A stretch of 64,000 nt of DNA, from NCBI GenBank assembly GCA_039621445.1, contig CP154954.1, forward strand, positions 9,240,634 to 9,304,633, given 5' to 3'. The translations under genes and the position numbers were made by a program. Source of the DNA: Euglena gracilis (Eukaryota). Under the pieces are notes generated by a model. That model had not been told where the DNA came from and made no database searches. It saw nothing but the letters and a program-made list of their open reading frames with translations. Below are positions 37,940-52,495 of the stretch, one piece after another (position 1 is the stretch's first letter; each line of letters opens with the position of its first letter).

Positions 37940-40900
37940 TCAGCGCTTCTTCTTGTTCTTGGTCGGCTTCCCCTGGGGCCGCTTCTTCTTCCCCCGCAGC
38001 TTCAGCATCCGCAGCACCTCCCGCTCCTCGTCGCGCTCGTCGAGGGACCCATCCATGTTGCCAACCTGCCGGGGTACGTTGGGAGGGGGGCTTCGCGCTA
38101 ATACCCCAACTACTCACCCGGCAAAATTTAACCCTTCTCGGGGGGGGGGGGGCTGATAGGTCCACGGCAGGATTTGCCCACTACCCCCCCCCCCCGGGAA
38201 ACTGTCAGCTTACAGGTTGGCCAGTACCGGGGACCCTGACAACTTCCTATACTGACAGGTTGGCCGGTACCGGGGACCCGGACAGTTTCCCGGGCGGGAC
38301 CCTGACAGGTTCTCGGGCATGACAGTTTCCCGGGGGGGGGGGGGGGAGGTAAGCTTGTTCAGGTGACATTTTATCCGGGAGCTGGCTGGCAATGAAATGT
38401 TTGGGAGCCTGGTCTTGGCTTACGTGGCGGATGACAATGTTCCTGCCAGGCTGAATTCTGTGGCAAGGCCGCCTTCCCCCTTCCCAGGGGGTCAGGCCTG
38501 CCTGATCGTGGGCCAAAAAGTGCCCAAATGGCTTTTGGGGGGTTTCCGGCACCTTTTTGGGGTTTCGACGTGGAAGTGTCTTGGCCGAGTGCCCAGGTAC
38601 TTTTGGCCATATGCCCAACCCCCCCCCCCCGCGGTGGGAGTCAGATCTGGGCTCCTTGGACCGCCTTTCCCAGCCGGCAAACAAAAAAGCTCACATAGGC
38701 CAAGGCGACAACTGTGATGACTTCCGGGGTCGGTGACAAACTGAAAGAACCCTCGAAGCTCGACGAAACTGGCCAGAAAACCACACCAAAAAAAAGGATG
38801 AAACAACAATTCCCCATCCCCCAAAATAATATCCCGTTAGGTTCATATGAATACCCCCTGTTTTGCACAGAGATCACCAGCTGGTGGGTGCATGGGGAGC
38901 AGGGGTTTTCTTAAGCCGGAGGGGACCCTATCCCCCGGGGGGGTCCAGCCAGCCAGCAGCTCAAATCCAGCCAGCAGCCCAAATTCAGGCTGGGAGCCCC
39001 CCCCCCAGGGGGGATCGAGTGAAATAAAGTTGGGTCCAGCCTGGCCAGAGGCCAGGCTAGCCGGCCGAAGGCCGGGCCAGCCGGCTGGCCAGCCAAATGG
39101 GCTGCCCAGCTCACCTATCCCTGCATTTTTTTCAGTAATTAGGCTGTTCCTCCAGTCCCGATCCAGCCTTGATCTAGCTCCATCCAGCAAAATGTCGAGA
39201 ATGGAAAAAATGTGTTAGAAAAAATTGTTTTTTGTCGACCCAGCCCAGCCCAGCCCCGGAGCCCCCCCCCCCATACCCCCGGGGGGGGGAGGTCCAGCTA
39301 GCAGCTCATTTCCAGCCAGCAGCCTTTTTGCCAAGCCGGAGGCTGGACTCCCGGGGGGGGGGGGTCCTTAAGAAAACCTCTGATAGGGAGGGCCAACGCT
39401 GTATGAGACCAGCTTGGCGCAGAATATGGGCGGACCCTGTGGCTGCATTGGGAGAGACAACAAACAGCGCCAGAAATTATCAGAATCAGAATTACGCTGT
39501 TCAAAAATAAATTGGGGAGGTTGGGTCCAAGGTTGTTCTTGCGACGTGCAAGAATTGGATACCTCACATGGATTCATTCACCGTCCAAAAAAAAAAAATG
39601 CAAACGGGGCTGTCGAACACACCTTCGACATCCGCGTCATGTCCGTCCTCACAATACAGTCGCACTTACTGTGCAGCATGCAAACCCGGTTGTGCGTGTC
39701 AGCGATGACCTGTGGGGAGCGGGGGGCCTCGCCAAGGGGGAATGCACGCGCCAGTGGCTCACTCCCGAAACTGAGGGAACAGAATCAACCTCCCCCCAAA
39801 TAACGTGGCGGGGGGCCGGGTGATTGGAGCCAACTTTTGGCCCTGCCCCCCAGCCAGGTGATTTGGACCCTGTTTTCAGTGTCGTGAAGGGACTTTGCCT
39901 TAAAAAGGGGGTGCCAAGTAACTGGAACCATTTTTTTGCCCCCCCCCTCCCCCGCCAATTTATTCGGCCACTGCCAGGAACAAGGGCCCCGCCAGGTTTT
40001 TGGGGGGGTTGTTAGTGCCTTTGGTTGTGCCAACGTTCTTCATTGACACACAGACCATCCATCGCAATTACCACCCCCAGCATGCCATTAATACTTCCAT
40101 TGCGCTGTGGTCAGCCACCGCGGAGGAGACATGGGGTCCCTTTGCAATTCCCTGAATCTCCCTGCTTTGGAACGTGCATTTGCTCATGTCAACTGCGGCA
40201 TTCAAAGTATGACGGTGCCTTTTAAGAAAAAAAGGAGGGAAGACAGGTCGCGTGCACTGGAAACCTTCACCTCTTGGCAAATGGGTTGAACTGCTGGTGG
40301 GCTTTTTTCCCCCCGTTTTAGCTCAAAGCATTATCATCTGCAGCCTGGGACACGAGAAACCAGAAGATAAATGCTGACCGTTTGCCAAAGAAGAAGAGGC
40401 TTCTTTTAAATGAAGGCAGCCTCATACTACTGGGCCCACGGTTCCAGTATGAGGAATGGTCCGGTCCCTGTTGTATGACACACCATTACCCCAATTTCAG
40501 GGGTCCTGGAAACCCACCCAACTCACTGCTTTTCCCACTGGTTTTTCGGATGCAGGGTCAAAAAAAAACTGGGTTTGTGGTGGGGATAGGGTTACGGTCA
40601 TGGATTAAGGCCTCAATCTCGGCCGAAATTTGGCAACATTCCGCCTGCAGGTTGGGCCTAATTTTGGGCATATTCTCAGGATTGCGGCCTAACTTCGGCA
40701 GAAAAATACTAACCCTACCCCTTTTCCTACCCCTGACCATGATCCTTTTTCCCAAGGTTCTCCAAAGCTCGCCCCTGTGCAGTGGAAACGGCTGCAATTT
40801 CCCCAGCGGACCAACAGAGTTGGAGGGAAAATAGGCCACAAGCACTCGTCAGTCCCACTTCAATGATGCAGGCTGGGTAGACGTAGCCTCGGCATACAAC

Positions 40901-40948
40901 TGGGATTGTGGGCTGAGGAGTAAGAGGCTGCCAATTGAAATAAATAGA

Positions 40949-40991
<43 letters not shown>

Positions 40992-43900
40992 ATACAGAGA
41001 TACATAAATAAATACATAAATAAATAAATAAATAAATAAATAAACAAACAAATAAAAAATGAGAAAATGAATGAATGAATGAATGAATGAATGAATGAAT
41101 GAATGAATGAATGAATGAATGAATGAATGAATGAATGAATGAATGAATGAATAAAAATTAATAAAAACAATTGAAATAAAATACATAAATAAATAAATAA
41201 ATAAAAAAATAAGAATAAAAAAAAAATAATAAATAAATAATAAAAAAATAAAAATAATAAATAATAATAAATAAATAAAAATAAACAAATAAACAAATAA
41301 ATAAATAAATAAATAAATAATAAATACATACATACATACATAAATAAAATCTTGATTTTCACTAACAGGTCTAAAAGAAAAGGGGGCACCTTGCCGCCTT
41401 TTCGCTGGCCCATCACCGTGGCCCGCACCGTGTAGTCCCGCCAGATGGGGCAGGCATTGGCAGGGGAACGCCACCCCACAGTGGGACACTGTCGGGCATA
41501 TGTGGAAACGATGCGGCTGGATACACGCACACACACGCACACGCACATACACACACGCGCGCGCGTGCACACACACATAACAGTTCATCTCCATTTGGTA
41601 CCTGACCAAATTTTTCTGAGTTTGCAGATGGCACTCCAACATGAATTCTGGGTCAGCTTGGGACGTTTTTGGCATTTTGGTCCTGTGTTCGACCAAATTG
41701 CAAGTCTCCATCTTGCAACAATGCCAACAACAGTTGCTTCGTGCACTTTTACTCCACATTTTCTCACACAATCCTGCATAATTACAGCATAACCCAGCAT
41801 AACTTCGAAGAAGAAAAAAAAACTGAATCCCCCCGGAAAAGAACTGAAGTCTTCTCTTTTTTCTCCTATCGCGGCATTCTTGCCCACACGAAATCATTGC
41901 CATGCTTTCAAATTTATTTCGGTCCTCCTTCGAAACGGCATTGCAGTTTGTGACGCGCATGGAAAACGCCGCAGCCGAACTAAATGGATGTCAACTTGGT
42001 TTGCGGTGACACCCTTCCTGGCAGGACATCAGGGAACCGCAACACTGCTGATATGATATTTTAGGATTATTTTTGCACAATGGATGCTGCTTTTGATTGT
42101 TACTCTCAGCAAATTTCATGGATTTTTGTGATTTTCCCAAAGTTTCCTGGTGAATTCTCTTCTTGGTTTTCTTTGGCCCCCTGTGTTGCCATCTGGGTTG
42201 TCAAAGTTGGTCCTCGGAGGCATTCATTATGGGCAGGTTATTGTTATTGTTTGTGGGGTGCTTATCCCAACACTTCATCGGAGGCAAACACATGTCCCTT
42301 CAACCTGGGATCGTCCCCCCCCCCAAAATTAGACCGTCCAAAATACTAATTTTTTAACAAAAAAGCCAAAAAAAACGGACTTACCAGGTAGGGTTTATCT
42401 TTGTAGCCCCCTGGGGTCCCACTAGTAAAACCAGGGGTCCCTCTTCTGAAAATGCCCAAAACTGGTCCGTTTCGTCATTTTGGGAAATTTTTTTTAGACC
42501 AATTTCATTCGTATTTGATCAAGTCATTTTGGGACGATAAAAATAGGGCCCCGGTGAAAGCACTTTTGGGGTCAATTTGAGTCTGAAAATTATGCAGGAT
42601 TGTGCGGGATTATGCAATCCGAATTTTTCACCATATGATGCCAAATTATAACTGGTGAGAAAAATATTTAAATTTTCACAAACCGTCTTCTGAAATGGAA
42701 AACAACTGTCTCAAATGCGTATAGGCATAGGCATTCTTCTTGTTGCATTTTCCGCCAAAAAAGCAAAATATGCCTAGAAAAGGAAAGGGATTTTGCCGTC
42801 CGCATTCTTCGTGCCCCGTTCATTTTCATAAAACCTCCTTATTCTATCCAGTTCAAAGCACTGCATGGAAAAAAAAACACAAACAATAAGTATGGGAGAG
42901 TGGTTCGGAAATCCCTTCTACTGTGATAAGCGACTGATAAGGTACTATTATCCGGGGTCCCAGACAAGTTTTGTGCAAATTACCAGTGGCACCTCCACAA
43001 ACACGTGCATTTGGTTGAGGTGGGGGACCATCGGCACAGGAATCAGGGTTCCCTGTTGTGAATGACGGACAAATCAAACGACAGATTCAGGCGCAGCCAT
43101 GCAGTCCAAAGCCTGAATAGACTTCACGTCACCCTTGCGGCGCCGGACGTTGCCGCTCGTATCGACCTTCCGGGCCCGAAGCTGCTTCGGAACTTTCTTC
43201 TTCGAGCCTCCACCAGGGCCCAGTGCTTGGAACCCAATCACTCAACATGGCCGTGGGCCAACACACAGGCACACCATGACATTTAGACCAACCAACTGGA
43301 GTGAAAGGAAGGAGGTGCATCCCGCCGAGGGGTGTCAGGCCAGATGTCACCCCCCAGAGGGTCAACCTCGACTGTTCAAAAAAAAATCAAACATCGGTGC
43401 GCTGACCTCCACCTGCCCCAGTGCAAATATATGTGCGTGTGCACGCACCACGCAGGCATGCAGGCACACGCGCGTGCGAACACACACATTGGGCCTTGGC
43501 TGTGGGTCTTACGGGCCCTCTTGGTGCTCTTTCCCATGGTGTGATGGGATATGCAGTAGGGGACGGGGGCGACGGCGACAGCTGTGGAACGGAAGACAGT
43601 TTGGCTTGAGAATTCTGCTTTCACTTCACCCCCCTCCCTATGTCCAACGACCAGTAACCTGTGGCTGTGGGGGTGGTCGTTGGACATAGGGTTGTGGCCA
43701 AAAAGATTTCCTCTGACCGGGCGGTGGTCGTTGGACAAGGAGTCAAAAAAAAGTTTGAGGATCCCTGGGACCCTCCCCCCCCCAAAAGGTCAAATTTTCC
43801 TTCCGGTACTTTGCGCCCCGAAAAAATTGGGCAATTTTGGCAATCTCTTGCCCAAAAGTGCCAAAAATGGCATTTTGGCCAATTTTTTTTGCCATTTTTG

Positions 43901-46440
43901 GGTGCAAAGCTAGCGACAAAAAAATCCAGAAAACGATTTTTTTTTCACAAGTTTGTAACCAGATGCCTGGAAAAAAAATTTAAACCCTGGAAATTGCCTT
44001 TTTTGAAACAAAAATAAATATATAAAAAATTCAAGAAAGTTCAATCAAGAGGAAACTCCTGACGGGATTCCTGCCTGCCGGTAGCCTTCATTTTCAAGCC
44101 CCATCAACGAACTTTAATTCCTGCCCAATGGGCAAAGGGCGGATGGATAGCAGCAGATTTTTTTTGTTTTGCTGGGTGCTACATGGATTGAAGTTGGGCA
44201 CCAGGGAATGGGTTGCCCAACTTAAATTGTTGGCCAAAAAAACAACCTTTTTTTCATAATTTTCTATGAATGCAATTTACTGTGACATAATGAGGCAACT
44301 GACACGCCACACGTTAACAAGTGCCCGCCTTGCCACTCCTGGCGGATGAGAATTTTTGTCTCCCCGGCGCAAAATGCGGAGTCAAGAGTCAAACCCAGGA
44401 AGGGTCCTGGGACTCCTCGCAGGAGTCTGGACTTCCTTGAGCAATGGCCCACACCTTGTGCGGTAGCATCCCTGGGCAGTTCGCCCCCGCGTGCGGCTCG
44501 ATTTGTCACACTGCAACCAATCAATCAGGCAGGTAATCAAGAGCCTATGTCCAATGACCGGTAACCACTGTCCTCTGACCGGGGGGGGGGGTGGTCGTTG
44601 GACATAGGGTAGTGACCAAAAAGGTGGCCTCTGACCGGGGGGGGGGGGGGGGGGGTCGTTGGACATGGGGTCAAAAGAAAGTTGGTGGGTACCCGGGTTC
44701 CTACCCACCCAAAAATGCCCATATTTCCCCTTCCGGGCTTCGCGCCGAAAATTTTGGGCAATTTTGACAATTTTTTGTCCAAAAAGTGTCAAAAATGGCA
44801 TTTTGGCCAAATTTTTGGGCAAATTTTTCGTCCCGGCGCTTCAGGCCGGGACCAAAATTTGGTCAAACCTCCGAAAAGGTGTCCTCTGACCGGGGGGTGG
44901 TCATTGGACATAGGGGGGTTGTTGGACATAGGGGGGGGTACTGATGGACCTTACTCCCCCCCCCTAGGGGTCGAAAACGAAAAGTTTTGTACTGTGGTCC
45001 AGACCACCTGGAAAACTGTCCTCTACCCTCTGTACCCACTGACCTGTCCTTGGGATATTGGGGTGGGCAACATATCAGGTTTTTTGGGGAACCCCCCCTC
45101 AAACCCAATATCAATATCCATCCTTTCTGGGGCGGGAACCACTTGAATTGGGTCAGCGAGTTCAAGGGCAGGAGAAGGTAAGTGGGTACAGGGGGTGGAG
45201 GACAGTTGCCAGGGGGGGGGGGGAGGGGTGGACAGGAGGTCGGATGAAAAAAGGTGGCTCTGTGAACTGCTGTCGGATGGGTGGTGAAAAAGAAAACAGA
45301 AAAAGGAAAAGAGGGGCCTGTTTCTTTGAGGAGAGAATGCAACGTGCCGCTGAGAACACCCCGAGGATGAATGTGATCGTCAGCAATAAGAGTCAGGCCA
45401 TGGTGAGTGTGCAGTCAGTATTTAAGAACATAGGGAGAGCAGTTGATAGATAGGGGGAGATGCCAAAGTGCACCAGCCACCCAGGGGAGGGGTGATACGA
45501 GGGCGGGAAGGAGCACATTGTTGAGCGAGGCACGGCGGGGTTCTACCGTCCGGACCTTGATCCCCGGCTGAGTGAGGTGGGCAGGCCGGTCAAGTGAGGT
45601 CAGGTTCCTCAGACCCAGACTGTGATTTGCCCACAATCAGCAACTCTACAAGGACTTTCCACAGAAGACTTGAGAAAGGTATTCCCAAAAGATCGAACTG
45701 CAGAGAATATAATCCGCGGTTTTCACGGTCGACCCAGAGGGGGGGGGGGCTGGGGGCCCTTTTCCCCTGTGGTAAGCTTCGCTCTTACCCATAAAGGGAT
45801 AAGAGCTCAGCGACCCCAACCATAACGCTAACCCCAACCCGAACCCTAACCCTAACACCAACCCTAACCAACATAAACACAACCGTAAACCTGACTATAA
45901 ATGGGAATGTCGCCATCCCAAACAATCCTGCCACCCATCCCCCACTACACAAACCCAGGTTTGTGCCATGCGCACCAACCTGGGCGACCTTTCTTCGAGA
46001 GGGGCAAGAAGCAAGTTTCATTTAGTGACCCCTGCGGGACCACTTTATCCCACCCGTGTATGCCCCCCAGGGGCGGGGTCGGCCCATCAACCAGCCCACC
46101 CACCCACCCACCCAAAACCCACCCAAAATCAGCTGAAAACCCTTCCGGCACAGCCTTCAGCTGTGTCAGACTAACCCAACCTGGGGGTGGGAGGGGGTCC
46201 AGTGGTCCCAACACACCCATGGCACTCTCCAATCCCAATGTCCAATCCAATCCAATCCCAAGGGGGGGGAAAACTGCACACACAAAAAACTGTGTGAGGA
46301 GGGGTCACCCAGCTATTAAGTGACTCTATGGTGGGGACGGGAACTGCACAAAACAGCACAGTCTGTTTGTCACTGTCGCCGGATCGGTCGGAGGTGTCGG
46401 AGGACACGGAGGCCGATGCGACGGGGGCAGCATTCAATAT
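37940..46440 (-). CDS. Multi-exon gene of unknown function with one predicted transmembrane segment and a basic C-terminus
   Basis: Candidate exons: ~46440-46378, ~45596-45510 (LDRPAHLTQPGIKVRTVEPRRASLNNVL), ~45390-45350 (LLLTITFILGV, hydrophobic), ~44472-44432 (MLPHKVWAIAQG), ~43213-43135, ~41446-41411 (WRDYTVRATVM), ~39650-39615, and last exon ~38063-37940 (MDGSLDERDEEREVLRMLKLRGKKKRPQGKPTKNKKKR-stop). Several junctions show CTG at -8..-6, but the frame was not fully resolved. Confidence 0.5.
38182..38351. mobile_element. TA-flanked MITE, copy of the 20545-20786 family
   Basis: Same termini and internal repeats as 20545-20786. Confidence 0.75.
38900..39382. mobile_element. hAT-like MITE
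   Basis: TIR CAGGGGTTTTCTTAAG/CTTAAGAAAACCTCTG. TSD ATGGGGAG/ATAGGGAG (7/8). An inverted partial relative lies at about 30481-30800. Confidence 0.8.
40938..41348. repeat. (TAAA)n/(TGAA)n microsatellite
   Basis: Direct inspection. Confidence 0.95.
43630..44940. repeat. Two related copies of a CCTATGTCCAACGACC / GGTCGTTGGACATAGG repeat family (about 43630-43990 and 44545-44940)
   Basis: Shared subterminal motifs and interior (AAAAATGGCATTTTGGCCAA). Confidence 0.6.
45814..45895. repeat. Degenerate interstitial (CCCTAA)n telomere-like repeat
   Basis: ...CCCAACCCGAACCCTAACCCTAACACCAACCCTAACC..., preceded by a short hairpin GCTCTTACCC...GGGATAAGAGC. Confidence 0.55.
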
Positions 46441-46821
46441 GAGGTGGGGGGGGGGGTCGGACTCCCGTCCACTGGTCCAGGGGGTGACAACCTTCCTCCT
46501 AAACAAGGTGAGCGATTTCTGGCACGGCACGGGAAAAAAAATGCCTCCCAAAATTGGTGAAGAATTCCTTTTGGGCGCTTTTTTGGGCAAATCCTTGTCA
46601 AAAATGCAAAGAAATTCTCGATTCAAAGGGAAATTTTGACCCTTTTGGGGGCTTTGGGTATCCCGGAAATCAGTTCGGGGACCCCCTCTTACTGTACACC
46701 CTTCTTATATCGAAGCCTGGGCAGGGGGCTCGGCAGGGGCGGGGGGGCCCGGGGACGGCTGCCTTGGCGGGGTGGGGGGTTCGGCAGGGGCCGGCACAGC
46801 GAGGGCAGAGGCCAGCACAAA

Positions 46822-47492
<671 letters not shown>

Positions 47493-47819
47493 CTCTGCTG
47501 TGTTTTGTATTGTGTGTTGCGTTGTGGCTTGTGTGGTGGGCACGTGGGTGAAAACGTGCATGTAGACCAACGCTGCACACGGTTGGCTGCAGGTTGGTGG
47601 GTTGAGAATCCAACAAACAGCCTCATTTTTTCTGTTTTTGTGCAGACTGTTTTCTGTTCTGCGCAGGCAGATGGACAGATGGAAAGCATGGGGAAAAATA
47701 CTACCGACGTGGTGAAAAGGCAAGACAATTCATCCAGGAGCCTTGACCAAAACCACAGATGAACCTCAAGCTTTGCCAGTTATGTTGCTACCATGAGCCA
47801 CAATGTTTGGGGTCCCGCC

Positions 47820-50800
47820 CTCACGTTGCCCAGAATGGGAGGCCCCTGGAGGGCAGCAGCGGAGCTTGGCTCCGGAGAGGGCGCTGGCTTGGCTGGGGTG
47901 GAAGCAGCTGAAGCGGCCGCCGGCACAGGGCTGCGACGCGCCACGACTGACGCCAGCGAAGACGGTGCCAAATTGAACCTTCTTTGAACTTTGTTCTTGT
48001 GCAAATTAAAAAGGTTAGTTTTTTAAGTAATTTAAATTGAGCAAAAAAAAGTGGATTAAAGAGTGTTGGTTTGCCAAATTTGGTCCTTTGGGTCCAGTTG
48101 CACTCCCCAAATCCGGCTGCCTGCAGCTGCCAGGGGGAGTCATCCTGCCTGTCTACGTTTGCCAGCCGGCGTTTCCAGCCAGCCGGCAACGTCTCAGTGG
48201 GCTTTCCTTGCTGAATGTGTCAAGTGCTTTGCCGGACGATTTTCTCAGGCAAACTCTGGGGCAGGTGGCTTGTGAGGGCAAATGCTGCCCCCACCAGGAA
48301 GAAAGGTGGCTTCGAAATCCTGACTGATCATCCATTTCGTGCGAGACGAAGAAGCCCGGTGTGTGTTTGTTTTGTATTATGTTTTGGATCGGGCCGAATG
48401 ACTCCATTTTTATTCTCATTTGTACCTCTTCGATGAAAAAAAAAAGCTGGAGAAAAGGCATCCCTGTGGCTGAAGCGTGGTTGGGGGCCTGGCTGGACCC
48501 TTCGTCGGAGCTCCCGCGGGAGGCGGGCGCCGCATCGTCGGAAGGCCCGGGAGCAGCATGCGGGAGGTCCGCAGTGACTGGCACCACGGCGGCCGCAACT
48601 GTCGCCACAGACTGGGGGGAGGGGGCCACAGCGGCTGGGGTGGGCTGCGGTGGTGCTGGCGCCACCGGCAGGTTGGTTCCCGTGGCATGCATGGCAGTGC
48701 ATGACACGCATGACCCACGAACCTGAGGCAACACTCCCCACAGTAGGCAAGGTAGGAAAGGTCCCAGCGAAGGAACGTTCGAGTGCTTTGGGCCCCGCAG
48801 CACCGAAAGAGAATGTCTGTCAGAATATTTAGTGGTTGGCGCCAAAGGTATGAGCAAAGAGGTATCTGGGCGTGACCGTCACACAGTGGAGCGAGGGCGG
48901 TCCTCTCGCTGCTGCTAATGATGCCAGCAGCAATAACACGTCGCACAAAACTCATTGGAGTGTGATGGGCTTCATTTGGCATCAATAAAATTTCACCATT
49001 TGTCAAGATTGTCCTCTAGGTTTTTTTGACGTCCTATTTCACCACACACCATCCTCCAGAAGCGCCCAAGTTGATGAGGAAAATGGTCCAAAGCGTAGTT
49101 TCAGGGACAATTTTTAGACACTTGGGCGGAAATAATTTATGTCCTCCCTCCCCAATCATCCAGTTCCTCCATGACTCATCCTGCACAAGCACCCACAGCC
49201 ATTCAGTGGGTGGTTGGCAAACCTTCGGTGCCAACCACGGACCACTGTGGCGACAATTGTTCCTTTTCCGCGCTGCGAAGCCCAAATCTGGCGAACATGC
49301 CTTCGCTTTTCCATGGTGCTGAGGTCTGGCCCAAATGTGCCATGTGCCTCCCCAAACCCACACACAAACACCCCACCCCAACCCCCACAGCGCACAGAAC
49401 CGACCCGGTCGGGTGAGACATTGGGGCTTCGTGCGGCGGGGGCGCCGGCGGGTCGGGGGGCGGTGTGGGGGCCCGGGGTTGGGCCACCGCGGTGTTGGCC
49501 TGTGGGGCGGAGGCGGGCTGGAGCTGGGGCTGGGGCTGGGGCTGGGGCTGGGCCAGCGGCAGGTGGGACGGCGGCGGCGCAGAGGGGGGTTTCGGGCAGA
49601 CATATATACCATATATATATATGTACCATATAAGCGTATATACATATGTATACATAATGACCATTATAACAATGAAAAAAAATTGGTGTTCACTTTTCGG
49701 GCCAGGGCCATTGCTTCGGACGAAAAAAAAGACATTTTTGGGGATAAATGAATTCTTCAGAAGAACAGAACCTCCGAAACCAACTGGAACTCCACCTGAG
49801 GGGAGTTCTGATCAGGAGTGCTCCGGCACTTTTGGCCGTCTCAACCGGGGGGGGGGGTTGATCTGGGTGCCTGCAGTGCCTTCCCAGGCAGGCACCCTCC
49901 CATCCCCACCCGGGTTGGGGTAAAATTCTCGCCGTGGAACTCAGCCTGGATGGGGGAGGGCGGTGGGCGGCAGTGCTGTCCGATGCGGCCCGAAGCGGGG
50001 CAACACCTAAACCCGCCCCCCCCCCCCAAATAACCTTGGGCCCTTGCTCCTGGCGGGGGCCGAATAACTTGGCGGGGGGAGGGGCAAAAAAGATGGTTCC
50101 AGTAACCTGGCACCCCCCTTTTTAGGCAAAATTCCTTTATGGTGCTGAAAAAAGGGCCCAAATAACCTGGCGGGGGGCAGGGCCAAAAGTTGGTTCAAAT
50201 AACCTGGCACCCCACCAGGTTATTTGGGGTGGTTTAAGCCCCTTTGTAGTGCTTCTCACTTCCAGTGAAAACTGAAGGGGGGGCAAAACCCCACCTACGG
50301 TCGACATGGGGATGGGTGAGAGTAGTGGGGGGGTCACTGTGTTTTCCATTCTGGTGAAATGAATGATATGGTTCCGCTGGCATCTTTGGTCGAAGAAATC
50401 ACAGTGCAAAATGCCCGGCAAACTTTTGCATGACTCAAAGCGGAAGAAAGCACCCCATTTTTGGGGGGGTTTCCGACATCGGTGCATACTGCAAAGAGGG
50501 GCGAATGGACTTGGAGTTTACCGTTGCAGCGATGAGCTGCGGGTCTGGAGATGGTGGACAGGCATCCAATTTTTTGATACAGCCGCGTTAATGCACTCCC
50601 TCGCGTCAACATTTGCCAACTTTGCCACAAAGAACTGGAAAATTACTGATTAGTTACTAGTTCGTCAATGCCGATGTAGTTACCAGTTCGTCAATATGTG
50701 CGATGGTCTTGCCCCCCAGGGTGGAGTCCCGGGGGACCCATCCAATTTTGTCCAAAAAAAGGCCAAAAAAGCTAAAAATAGCACCTTTTTCAAAAGTTTC

Positions 50801-52105
50801 GGCGCCTTCGGCCCCGAAAAAGACATACCCCCCAGCCCCTACCCCCACCCCCCCAGGGGGAGGGGGTCCAAGCAGGGACTTTTAAGACCAGGGGGAGAGA
50901 GGGTCGGCACCCACCCACCCACCCCCCTGGGGTGCCCTCAGGGGAGGGGGGGGGGTCCCGGGGGACCCACCCACTTTTGCCCGAAAATGCTAAAAGTAGC
51001 ACATTTTTCAAAATTTTCGGCGCCTTCGGCGCCAAAAAAGATATACCCACCAGCCCCTACCCCCACCCCCCCCGGGGGGCAGGGGGGTCCAAGGGACCCA
51101 CCCCAGGGGGGGGGGATGCGCTGGGCGGCCCTCGGAAAAAATGCGCAAAAAATGCGCAAAAAAATGCGCAAAAAATGCGCTGAGTTTGTACATTCCTAAG
51201 GGAAAAAGTACTTAGAAAAATTTCCAACAATGAGCCCAAAATTAAACCAAAATCACCAAAAACAGCTGAAATGAAGGCATTTTTGGCCAAAAAAAATGCA
51301 TGAGCAAGGCGTCACTCTCTGTTCACCATAACCAACAATGTCAGCCATGGTGGTGCCTCTTACTTGTGACCAGGGGAGTAGGATTCGATGCGGGGTCTCT
51401 GAAAACCCTAGTGTCCTCATCATCATTGGATGAATACCACACCTCATCACCCAAAGCTTTTTTCTTGAATATGGACAAAATGCCTCCAAAAGGTGTAAAA
51501 AAAGGTGGGAAAATGGAAAAAAATGCGCAAAAAATTTCTTTCAAAAAGGGGCAGAACAGAGCACAAATCAAACAACATAACTCAGCGTCAATGCAACATT
51601 GGTCAAGGAGCAATTTGATAATATATAATCAAAATAAAAAAAAACCAAAATGAAACTGCAACATGTAAAAAAAAGCCGGAAATTCTTAAGATGCAAAAAA
51701 ATGCGCGAAAAAATCGAAAAAATGCGCGAAAAAATGCGAAAAAAATGCGCAAAAAATGCGCATTTTCCCAAAAATCTGGAAAATGCGCAAAAAATGCGCA
51801 AAAATGCGAAAAAAAAATGCGAAACGCATTCCCCCCCCCTGCCCACCCACCCTACCCCCCTCCCCCCCCCCCGGGGGGAGGGGGTCCAAGACTAAAAAAA
51901 CCCCTGGGTCCAAGCCTGAAAAAACCCCTGGTGCCATGTGACTGATGCGTGGGTGCGAGCCGCGACAGCCCACAAACACGTATGGGGCCAAAGCAACCAC
52001 CGCCGTGCCCAGGGATGCCACAGCTTGGGGCCGATCGGGGGCTGCGGACCGGGGGGCGGTGGCGCCTGCGGTGCAGCGGGGGTGGGGGCGGGGGCACGAC
52101 GCAGC
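47820..52105 (-). CDS. Probable further low-complexity Pro/Ala-rich exons of the EHD-like gene (junctions not resolved)
   Basis: GC-rich open islands at about 52020-52100 (APAPTPAAPQAPPPPGPQPPIGP), 49420-49580 (PLAQPQPQPQPQLQPASAPQ), 48850-49000, 48460-48720 (PVAPAPPQPTPAAVAPSP) and 47820-47980. Composition resembles the resolved tail exons. Confidence 0.45.
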
Positions 52106-52207
52106 CCGAGAATAACAGGGGGGAAGGTCACATAAATTGTACAAAAAATTATTGAGCACACACAGACACACGTATGTTCATGTATATGTGCACACACATG
52201 TGTGTAT

Positions 52208-52495
52208 CATGCTTGTGCTTACCAACCGGGGGGGGGAGGGGGGGTGGGTGCCTGCCCCTAGCAGGCACACCCCCCAGGGGGGGATAGGGGTCCAGGGGGG
52301 ACCCAGAAAATTTTCATTGAGAATGGCCTTTTCCGGGCCCCCGGCGCCTTCGGCGCCGGGGTCGGAGGGGGGTGCCTGCTAGGGGCAGGCACCCCCCAAA
52401 ACCCTACCCCCCAGGGGGGGGGAGCGGATCGGGTGCTATGGGGTGCCTGCCCCTAGCACCCCCGTGGGGTAGGCACCCGACTAAGCACAAGCCTG
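52208..52495. mobile_element. hAT-like MITE
   Basis: TIR CATGCTTGTGCTTA/TAAGCACAAGCCTG. Perfect TSD GTGTGTAT at 52200-52207 and 52496-52503. Confidence 0.85.

Noticed and set aside
41611-41630. Possible spliced-leader sequence (TTTCTGAGT)
   Set aside because: Only about 9 nt match and the rest of the euglenid SL motif is absent.
40727-41960. Long ORFs of 283 and 366 aa
   Set aside because: They are translations of (TTTA)n/(TTCA)n microsatellites. Only short internal exons are plausible.
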